From Jimgerdemannia flammicorona (Eukaryota): 35,889 nucleotides of DNA. Location of the stretch: the NCBI GenBank assembly GCA_003990765.1, contig RBNJ01000234.1, forward strand, positions 1-35,889. The letters run 5' to 3'. Position 1 is the stretch's first letter. The number at the start of each line of letters is the position of its first letter. Below the pieces are notes generated by a model. That model ran no database searches. It saw only the letters and a list, made by a program, of their open reading frames with translations, and had not been told where the DNA came from. Of the stretch, positions 23,936 to 35,889 are shown piece by piece. Both the position numbers and the translations under genes were made by a program.

Positions 23936-24400
23936 GTATATATATTTATATATATATGTTTATATATATATATATTTATATATATATATATAGACACATC
24001 CAGTATATGAGTCATGTGGAGGATTTGGATTAGAGGATTCAAATTGAAGGATTCAGATTGAATAATTCAGATTGAATAATTTAGATTAAATGATTTAGAT
24101 TGAATAATTTAGATTTAGTAATTTAAATTAAGTAATTCAGATTGAGTGATTCAAATTGAGTAGTTTGGATTGAGTGGTTCAGATTAAGTGATTCAGATTG
24201 AGTAATTTAGATTGAGTAATTCAGATTGAGTGATTTGGATGAAGTGGTTCAGATGGAGTGATTTAGATAGGGTAATTTGGATAGAGTAATTTGGATTAAT
24301 CTGAGTTGATTTAGATTGTTTTGGATTTGAGATTTGGGTCAAACTGTTATATAATGAATCAAATCCAGATTTGATTCAAATCAACTCATTCAGAGTACTA
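23936..24400 (-). mobile_element. Probable 5' terminus of the host hAT transposon
   Basis: Continues the microsatellite at 7640-7706; carries a subterminal repeat array; the minus strand begins TAGTACTCTGAATGAGTTGATTTG at 24400, resembling a deaminated TAG-starting hAT TIR. The partner TIR is not in the window. Confidence 0.55.
24018..24297. repeat. About 20 copies of a 14-bp tandem repeat, inferred ancestor GAGTGRTTCGGATT
   Basis: Units such as GAGTGATTCAGATT and GAGTAATTTGGATT; the core varies TTCAG/TTTGG/TTTAG/TTCAA. Confidence 0.9.
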
Positions 24401-25329
24401 ATGACTAGGTACCTCTTTCACATTAGTGACCAAGGGTCTATCATCTTATAGCAAATATATAAGCAATTATCTATAACAATATCATCAATATAGATAGAGT
24501 ACTAGATATTGTCATTGATAATAAAGAAAGTTATTTGACTTTATAAACTGTTAAAAGAACTTAAATTTGCTCAAAAATGGAGTATTATACTATGCTAGGA
24601 TAACCAGTCTATGATTGTACTTACTAAGAATTCAGTACATTATAGTAGAATGAAATATATTAATATATAATATCATTTTGTATGAAAATATATAGAAAAT
24701 AGTACTATATACTTGAAATACATTTCTGCAAAGTATATGATCACTAATTTACTTATTAAAGCTCTTTTAAAGCTGAAGTTTGAGCTATATATTAAAGAAA
24801 TAAGTCTTATGAGTAATATATCTAGATTTAGATAATTTGGGAATATTATTAGAGATATTTTTTAAGCTACAAAAGACCTTCCTTACTGTATTACATATAA
24901 TATATATATTGATATTTCTCATCTATAAACAAATTATATATATTATATTTTGTGAGTATTTTGAATATTATAGAATACTTTTTAACTTTTGAAAAATTTC
25001 TTAGATATAGAATTTTATATTAGTTATTATTCTAGATTATATGCAGTTCTAGTTTTTATATATGTATACATATTGCACTCTAGTTTGTATTCTTTTTTTT
25101 GGGATTATATATCTCATTAAGTGGAAGTATTGGGATGACAACTTGATATATTAATATGTAATTATGCTATTCTATTAGTTTTATATCATTCATTAGTAAT
25201 ATGTGAAATACATGACCTATATAACTTCAATAAAAATACCTCTCTCTCTCTCTCTTTATAACAAATAGAATTTAGTTTAAAGGTATAATATAATTAAAAT
25301 ATTAATAATAATCAAATATTGGTATACTT

Positions 25330-27730
<2,401 letters not shown>

Positions 27731-28281
27731 ACATTACAATATATTTATAAAATTAAAATAAATTATAATATTTATAATTATAGCTATAGTATAAATATTT
27801 CAATTTAATTTAAAATTTATTTTGTATTAATATAATAAATAATTTAATTTAATTCTAATATAAATTAATATTCATAATATATTTACTACTTTTAATTAAT
27901 TTATTTCTTGTTCAAACTTACCATTATAAAATATAATGATATCGATCAATTTGGCAGTCATATTCAAAGGTTTCTGTGGCTGAATGGCGTAGCTTGTCAA
28001 TATCTATCGCTTGACACCAACAATTCCCCATCATCCCATCTTGTTGTAACAAATATATCAAGTTATTAAATGCCACAAAGGAAAATAAAGATCCACGATA
28101 AGCTATCTAGCGACGATAGTTTCTATGGCAAGCAATCCGTACAGCGTACGGGGGTATTACATGACCACTCCGGTATCGAATTAACCATGATGGGATAAGT
28201 ACAAACTCAAACTTCTCTCTTAATTTACATTGCAGTCTCCATTCCTCCAACCCATTCTCCAAACCATCGAACCTTAAACCC

Positions 28282-30450
28282 TCAATCCTTGCGTAGGTAA
28301 GTACGACGGAACATGTGGTCTACCTTCTCAAGGTAGAAGTCGCCGTCGTTGATGTGCTCGAGCGAGCCGGTTGGAATGTAGTCCTTTGTGGAGTGGGTAA
28401 GCTCGCGCAGGTTGAGGGCGATCTCAAAGTCCTGTGGGGTGCAGAGGACACGGGAGTCGAGGCGCTCGCGAATTGAAAGGTGCTTGGCAATGTGAGTGAT
28501 TGAGCCGACGATGCGGAAGGAGAGCATGGACGAGGCGAGGCCCGAACCGTAGGAAAAGAGGACGACGCGCTTGTTTTGCTATTGTAGGTGAGAAAAGGAA
28601 AGGGGGGTGGGGCAAGAATTAGGTGACAGGTGGAAGAGCACGATAAAAAGCACAAAGATGTCGGTAGCAGTAAAAGACTAACCAGATCCTCCGACGACAC
28701 CTCGCTGATGACCGTCGCCAAGCAAGTCCAGACAGAAGCGGTGTACATGTTACCAATCTGCTTAGCGGCCAATAGACCCGGCTCGACCTTCTGGGCGTAC
28801 CCTGCCTTGGCATGGGTTACGAACGTCTTTTCGACATCACGGCTCAGTAGGGCCTCCTCGTAGCTCAACACTCGATGGTGAGCGTAATCAGCCCAGCGGG
28901 GGTCCTCGGCATTGCGGATGAAGTCGTTATAAAGCTAATTTGCGTGTAAGGATTTAATGTGAGATGCCAGTAATAAGTATTGTGCCGCATAATGCCCCTT
29001 GACGATATAGCAAAAATTTAAACAAAACCTACAGCACGAGCATAGGTCTTCTGCACGAGCTTGGTATAGGGCGAGTGGAAGACAAAATAGTCGATGTTGT
29101 CGACGCCAGGGTGTTGAACATTATCTATATCACCCAACCGCTTCATGTAGCGGTTATAGCATTTATCGAAGGCGCGGAGGTAGCAGATACCGGAGAGCTT
29201 GCCATCAACGGTAGGGTACTCGGATGAGAGGTCGGGCTTGTAGAAGTCCCAAGCGTGTTCCATGTGAGTGCTACGAAGGCCTGATCATATAGAAGCGAGA
29301 TTTTGGTAAAATATGGAGAATGAAGACATTGAAAAGGATATGAATGAGCGGCAAGGCTTTAAAGACATGAAAGTCTATCGAAGAAAAACAAAACCGACAT
29401 CTTCATCCACCATACTACAAGTGTTAAACCCCCTCCCCATCACCACAACCACCTCCATATTATTTGCGTTTAACTCTAAACCATCCCAAAACCAAGCCAC
29501 TTACCACGCTCAATGACGATGGGGGCATCTTTGCCGATTAGCATGGCGACGACACCGGCGCCAGAGGTAGGCCTCGCAGAGCCCTGGGCGTAGATGGCGA
29601 AGTCGCCTGCGACGACGATGGCGTACCTACCGTCCCATGAGGAGGACTCGATCCAGTTGACAGCGTTGAAGAAGGCGTTGGTACCGCCGTAGCAGGCGTT
29701 GGTGGTGTCGACCCCCTCAATCTCGGTGTTGCCGTGCTTGGAGAAAAGCTGCATCAGCGTCGACTTTACGGACTTGGACTTGTCAATGATGGTCTCCGTG
29801 CCAACCTCGAGGCGGCCAATGTCATTGAAAGAGATCTTGTACTTCTCGTGGAGTTTTGTGACGGCTGGAGGTGATGGTGGTGGTGATGGCGATGAGTATC
29901 ATGAATGTGGAGAGACAGCGTGCGCACACCATCTAAGAGCAGCCAGGACACGCTCCCTGCATTCCCCATAACCTGAAAGTCAACACAGTCCTCTTAGACT
30001 GACTTGTACCTACCAGTCAAGCAGACGGACTGGATATCCTCACGGTCGTCCACGAAGGCCATTTTTTTTTGGCCGAGACCGATTGTGTACTTTCCCTCAG
30101 AAACACCATCAAATTTCTCCAAGGCAGACTGCTCGACATACTGTGGGGAGCAGAGGCAGAAGGAAGACAGGGAAAGAACCATTTAGCTTGTGTGACGCAT
30201 AGCAGCCAGGAATACAAGCTACACGAAGCCCTTAGCGTTAAAATAACATGTGACTAGTATTTTCCATGTTCTTCCGAAAACAAGCCCAGCCTCAACCGAG
30301 ATGACGGTCTGACAGGCCGGGCAGCGAGCCGAAGACGACGAGGGACAGCAACCACGTAAAGGGGGGAATACTCACGCGCTTGGGGAAGTACACCTCGATG
30401 GCCAAGATACCGACGTTCTCGGGGTAGTGGGAGGTATTGCTGGAAACCAT
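28282..30450 (-). CDS. ERG13: Hydroxymethylglutaryl-CoA synthase, 6 exons, 452 aa: 30450-30376, 30140-30014, 29864-29505, 29280-29033, 28934-28683, 28578-28282
   Basis: Motifs [28 protein letters not shown], catalytic NACYGGT, DFYKPDL, FHSPY, GNMYTAS and FSYGSG; GT-AG introns with consistent phases; 1359 nt in total. Confidence 0.95.
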
Positions 30451-31265
30451 GCTGGGGAGGGGGTTGCTCGGTATTATTTTGATTTGGGTGGATGCGAAGG
30501 CGATAGAGCAAGGAGATGGGTAAAGGGATCCGGTTGGATGGGACAGGCCGAATTTTATCTGGTTGTCCAGATCAACGTCACACACACGCATGTCATTGAC
30601 AGTCACGCGGCTATCATCTTGGAATCCGTCGCTATAGAATCCCGATTCCGCTTATGTTTGCGACTGGTCAACCTTTTCTGACCCCTGGTGCCCAGCCCCT
30701 CATGAAAGTCGTGAGATTTAGGTTGTGTCGCACTCTGCAGGGTTAGACAAACTCGCTATCCCTGCCATTGCTTTTAGTATTAATAATGTATATAATATTG
30801 CACGATAGGATATCATCCTCTTCTGCGTTATCATATGCCTGTCTCTTAAATGAATTGTATCCACTTGTCGCCATCACATCATTTGGATGATGGAGTAACG
30901 GATAGAGTAACAGATAAAGTAAAGGATAGAATAATGAACTGACCAAGATGTGCCGGGTTTAAGTAATACACAAGTCAGCACGACATACCCATCCGAGAAC
31001 ATGTAAGCCGAGGCCCTTGTTATACATTTGTTTACAAAGTCGAATGAGTTCAACAAAGGAGCGAAATGGGCAGGGATTGTCAAATTCATATGGTCACGAG
31101 AGGTGCATTTAACAAGAATGTATATACTGTTCAAAGGAGGAAAGGAGGCGATGATTCATCCACGTTAGCAGTCCCGTTAATTCCCATAAAAAAATTCCCT
31201 GAATTTTCTTCGCACGGTCAAAAACCCTACCCCCCAGACTTGTCAACTCTCCACTACCATCAACT
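30451..31265. promoter_or_regulatory. 815-bp divergent intergenic region between the ERG13 and ERG20 start codons
   Basis: Head-to-head geometry; a shared promoter is inferred. Confidence 0.6.
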
Positions 31266-33067
31266 ATGTCCACCGATAAGAAAGCCTTCCTCGACGTGTT
31301 TCCCGTCCTTGCCGACGAGATCCTCGGGGAACTGCGCAAGCATAACATGCCACAGGATGCCTACGATTGGGTCAAAAATGTGAGTACTCGCGCGGGTTTG
31401 GTTAGGTTTCGCATCGAGCCTTGGGTGTACGGCGCTTGGTCGGGCAGGCAGCCGAACAGATCTCGTTTTCCTGTTCTTCAGCTCCTGCAGGGGGCGTCGC
31501 CATGTCCGCTGATCTTCATATTATGATCAAATCTTGCCTTCGACTTTTCTCACTACAGATGCTTTATTACAACGTTCCCGGTGGTAAGTACTTCTCTGGT
31601 TGTCGTTCATTATTTTTACACGCCTTTTGGCGACCATTTGAGAATTACCGCACCGGCTCTATTGCTAACCCTTTCTTCTTCCCCTCGACCTACCCTCGCA
31701 GGCAAGCTGAACCGCGGACTCAGCGTTGTCGACACTCTCCGTATCCTCCGCGGCGACAACATCACGGATGAAGAGCTCTTTCATGCTCGCATTCTCGGCT
31801 GGACCGTTGAGTGGGTGAGCTCGAATTGTCCACTTCCTCGTGTGTTGTTTTTTGCACGTGAAACGTCATCTCACGCCATCACGCGTGACCCAATCCAGCT
31901 CCAAGCCTTCTTCCTCGTCGCTGACGACATTATGGACTCCTCGTACACACGCCGTGGCCAGCCCTGCTGGTTCCGCAAGGAAAATGTTGGGATGGTGGCC
32001 ATCAACGACGGGTTCATTCTCGAGTCGTCCGTCTACATCATTCTCAAGAAGTATTTCAAGAAGACCCAATATTACGTCGAGCTGCTCGAGCTGTATCATG
32101 AGGTAGGTGATGGTCATAGTGACAGTAATTTTGTGAAACCGTGGCTACATTAATCACCAAAATGACTTACTCCATCGCATTCGTTTTTCTGTCGTCTACT
32201 TCTTCGACATACAGGTCACCTTCCAGACCGAACTCGGTCAGCTCCTTGACCTCATCACCGCTCCCGAGGACAACGTAGATTTGAGCAGGTTCTCCCCCGC
32301 CAAGTAAGCTGGACGACATCACACATCACATGATTACACCGCACTATATATATAACGCGTTTCGATCATTCCTCCTTCATCCAGACACCAATTCATCGTC
32401 ATTTTCAAGACAGCATACTACTCCTTCTATCTCCCCGTTGCACTTGCTATGCTGATGGTAAGCAATTGTCCAGCTCACATCCAACCATTGTCTCCCCCCG
32501 TCATTTGCTCATTTCTCACCAACCTCCTCCCAGGCTGGCGTTAAGAACGAGAACGCTTACTCGCAGGCCCGCGATATCCTGATCCCGCTCGGTGAGTACT
32601 TCCAGGTGCAAGACGACTACTTGGACTGCTACGGGGCACCCGAGGTGATTGGCAAGATTGGCACCGACATTCAGGACAACAAGTGTTCCTGGCTCGTGAA
32701 CCAGGCCCTCGTAAGGATCACCCCCGAGCAGCGCAAGATTCTGGACGTAAGTTTGAAATTTATGCTGTTCTCCTCTGTACACGATGAGATCGATATTGGC
32801 TACTTCTTTCCACCCAACCGAACTCTCATCTTTGCATGACTTGGTCACCTTTCCATCCAGCAACACTACGGCAAGAAAGATTCTAAGGCCGAGGCGGCTG
32901 TCAAGCAGCTTTACATTGACATCGACATCGAGAGCGTGTACAAGGCGTACGAAGAGAAGTCGTACACGGAGATCTCAGCGATGATTGCCAAGGTGGACGA
33001 GTCCACGGGCGTCAAAAAGGAGGTCTTCACCGAATATATGAACAAAATTTATAAGAGGACCAAGTAA
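31266..33067 (+). CDS. ERG20: Farnesyl diphosphate synthase, 8 exons, 345 aa: 31266-31379, 31559-31583, 31702-31814, 31899-32102, 32215-32303, 32385-32457, 32534-32746, 32861-33067
   Basis: Motifs [75 protein letters not shown] and C-terminal KIYKRTK; GT-AG introns; 1038 nt in total. Confidence 0.95.
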
Positions 33068-33484
33068 TTGGTTAGGCGTGACACCTTTACAAGGGGATAT
33101 TCTGCGTGTAATGGATTGGTTGAGATGAAAACAATACCAATAAAATACTCGTGTACGTAGAGGCGTTAGGTTGTGGTGACGGGTGATACATAGGACGCTT
33201 TCTCGTCGTTCATGTCTCAACCGTAATATATTCTACTGTGTTACGCGTACCGATAAGCTCATCGTGGTTTTATGGCATCATGAACCGACTGAAACACCAT
33301 AGATTGGAATATTGGAAACCGTAGGCCCAAACCATTATAAACAAGCAACATGCCTAGAAAAGTCAAACATACACATACAAGCCCTTAGCCAGGAATCTCG
33401 AGGAATGAGGCAAAGAGCGGGAGTGTTGGGATATGTATGATATGTATGCAACTCGATATCTAGTAATTCGTGGCTTATGTAACA

Positions 33485-33607
33485 ACGTCATCAAACTTAC
33501 GTCATCAAACTTACGTCATCAAACTTACGTCATCAATACTTACGTCATCAATACTTACGTCATCAATACTTACGTCATCAATACTTACGTCATCAATACT
33601 TACGTCA
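33485..33607. repeat. Tandem array: 3 x ACGTCATCAAACTT, 5 x ACGTCATCAATACTT, plus a partial unit
   Basis: Read directly; contains 8 TTACGTCA. Confidence 0.95.
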
Positions 33608-33647
33608 CTAACGTAAAAGGATTTTGCGCTGCTTTCCGAGATGTGGT

Positions 33648-33919
33648 TGTCGAGTTGGCGTGATGGCGTATAGCGGTGGCTGCGCCGTTGATCGTATAGA
33701 GATTCCCTTGCTTCGATACCGTCATTAGTAGTTTCTGACCGTTGTATATCGTCGCGCCTTTGGAATGTATGCGTATTTGCTTGTTTCCGCGCGTCATTGT
33801 TTTTCCCATAGAAAAGAGGTTCTTTAGATCAGGAGCAACTAATGACGGCATCGAAACAAGGGAATCTCGATATGATCAACGGCGCAGCCACCGCTATACG
33901 CCATCACGCCAACCCGACA
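33648..33919. repeat. Inverted repeat with 91-bp arms (33648-33738 and 33829-33919) and a 90-nt spacer
   Basis: Manual alignment gives 8 mismatches in 91, with a perfect 40-bp core. Confidence 0.93.
33660..33840 (-). pseudogene. Ty1/Copia-like pol fragment (segment between protease and the GAG-pre-integrase domain)
   Basis: VAPDLKNLFSMGK...G...ATIY...LLMT...GNLYTI resembles the Copia pattern VP.L..NL.S....G......I...GNLY. Confidence 0.55.
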
Positions 33920-34050
33920 TCTCCAACAACATATCTCACACCATGTACTTGAGGACGAGATTCTATTCCGGTAGTTCAAAGGGCTGTACAATGAACAAAA
34001 TAAGACAGTAAACAGATATAATTCTCTCCATTCTCCCATTACAACACGAC

Positions 34051-35792
34051 TTAAATCGAATTCCTTCTACCAATTCGCCCCTTGAGCCCGCCCTGCGCTT
34101 CCGTTATTGGATCTATTCCATCCGCGATCTGGTTCAACCTGCCGAGCGTGATCCCCTCCTTCTTCCACTTGGACATTATGTCCTTGGCGTGATCGTACCC
34201 AGCCTTGAGAATATCGTCGAATTTGTCGAACTCAAGGGTGGCCCACTTCTGGACAGGAAGCTTCATATAGATGCACCCCTTGGTGACTTTGGCCTCCTCG
34301 AGCTTTGCCACGCTTGACACGTACGCGAGGCGCGACTGGATGTCAGCGATGGACGGAATCTTGTAGTTGGGCTTCCAGAAGGGGTTAAAACTCTGCATGA
34401 GGGACCACCACCCGGAGACCGAGTCACCGTAGTACACGGGCGAGGTGTCGTCGTGCGATGCAACGTCGACGGCAACAATCATGTCGGCACCCATGTTCTT
34501 GGCCACGGAGACGGGCAAGTTGTCCATGTAGCCACCGTCTACGAGCATGTCGCCATTTTCGCAGATGGGAGGTAGGTAGCCGGAAAGCGACATAGACGCG
34601 CGGACGTAGCGCCATGCGTAGCCCTTCGTGTGGACTTCCATGCGTGAGAAGGTGATATTGGTCGTGACGGCGAAGTAGGGAAGCCAGAAATCCTCAATCT
34701 GACTGTCCATAAAGCACTTCCAGATACCACGATTGAACTCGTGTCCTAGTGGATGCGAGATTAGCAGTTTGGTGAGTGAAATTCGATTCCATACTATGCT
34801 GAACAACTCGTTGAGCGTGTAGAGAGGAAATCCATCGACCTCTGGATGATTCTTGACACATACCTGTGAACCAAGCCGTGATGGGGTACGTCAAATCCAA
34901 GGCCTGCCTCCATACAGAAGTCACCCTGCCCGAAAACATCTTGGCACGCCCGTACACAGCGACGTTATCCGCATCCCTGGCGTAGAGCCCGCCCACGAAC
35001 GATCCAATACTGGTGCCACCAATGATGTCGATTGGGATGCCGGCCTCCTCCATACACCGGATGACGCCAATATGGCCGATACCACGCGCACCACCACCGC
35101 CCAAGACGAGCGCAACGGATTTGCCACACAATCGACGAGCAAGCCTGGAATATGAAGAAAGGAAAAAATGAATAAATGACTGCATCGCATCCATTGTCCT
35201 TGTTCGAACGAGCGCATACATGCTAATTCGAAGGCTACCTAGCGAAATCGTTGCTTGCAGCGTTTTGCAAGCCGGAGGGTCCATCGTTTTTCCTGGACGT
35301 TAAGAGGCCGCCGAATGTGGGCACTCGCAGGGATGGGTAGTATTTCTCGATTTGGCCCTTAATGGAATTCAAGGTGTTGATCGAATTCAAGGAATTGATT
35401 GAGCCCATTGTGTTCTTGCGGCCCTGTGCGCGCAGGAATTGCGGGCTACGATTGGAAGCCATGTTGGGCCTGCGCATCGGCATGAATATATGGTGGTGAG
35501 CTTGAATCCAGAGACGGTTCTGGTATTTATGGAAAAATGTAACGGCGAGTGGTATCAATTGTAATCGACGTGGGTTTTATAATCTCAACTCCTGTAAATA
35601 CACGTGAGTTCGGCAGAAATCACAAAGACGCACCTTCAGCCATGCTTGCGTGGTACCCGGGTTGCAATGCTTCTCGGGATGCAGAAGGACGAGTTCCTTA
35701 CGCGCCGTGGTCTTCATGCTGATGATCAAACGCTCGAATTCGCCAACAGAGGGATCTTCGTCTCCCAATCCAATTAGTAAGATACAATCGGC
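34051..35792 (-). CDS. NTE1: Patatin-domain lysophospholipase NTE1, last 4 exons (35792-35634, 35519-35239, 35144-34864, 34745-34051); 5' part lies beyond the window
   Basis: Motifs [71 protein letters not shown] and terminal RRNSI; splice phases are consistent. Confidence 0.93.
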
Positions 35793-35889
35793 CTATTCGG
35801 TGCATGTCAAAATGGAGAATAATATAGAATATATTGGCAATAGTATACATCAAATACTCATGCAATATTGTAGGTTTGTTCCCCCCCCC

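Noticed and set aside
24018..24297. CRISPR array or telomeric repeat
   Set aside because: The units are contiguous with no spacers, the context is eukaryotic, and the position fits hAT subterminal repeats.
24401..25329. AT-rich stretch as another TE relic
   Set aside because: This is likely, but I could not recognise any motif or termini.
31815..31898. 84-nt in-frame, stop-free ERG20 intron as a coding insertion
   Set aside because: It has canonical GT-AG ends, and splicing restores the conserved [12 protein letters not shown]; retention cannot be shown without RNA data.
33433..33663. ORF with TYVIN repeats
   Set aside because: It is a by-product of the 15-bp tandem repeat and has no other coding support.

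Overview
Eukaryotic, intron-rich fungal DNA; the gene style suggests an early-diverging lineage such as Mucoromycota, but this is inference only. There are two sharply separated compartments. (1) Positions 1 to about 27930 are a CpG-depleted, C>T/G>A-hypermutated nest of transposons. A decayed hAT DNA transposon (minus strand, one terminus near 24400) was hit three times by an unusual Ty3/Gypsy family ('A'): a window-truncated copy at 1-4376, a solo LTR at 5557-7154, and a full copy at 7707-23935. Family A has ~1.6-kb LTRs that each carry a complete ~273-285-aa ORF of unknown function, and its polyprotein has a Cys/His motif plus a dUTPase between protease and RT. The full A copy contains a chromovirus ('B', 9958-16057, TSD ACTTG) that also encodes a dUTPase, placed before the protease, and a poly(A)-tailed non-LTR insertion (20316-21537, 16-bp TSD). 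An older, extremely AT-rich A-like relic follows at about 25330-27730. (2) From about 27940 to the end is CpG-normal gene space: HMG-CoA synthase (ERG13, minus) head-to-head with FPP synthase (ERG20, plus), then an array of 8 CRE-like sites and a 91-bp-arm inverted repeat derived from Copia-like sequence, then the 3' part of the patatin lysophospholipase NTE1 (minus). The best candidate for a new system is the dUTPase-encoding retrotransposon whose LTR carries its own gene cassette.
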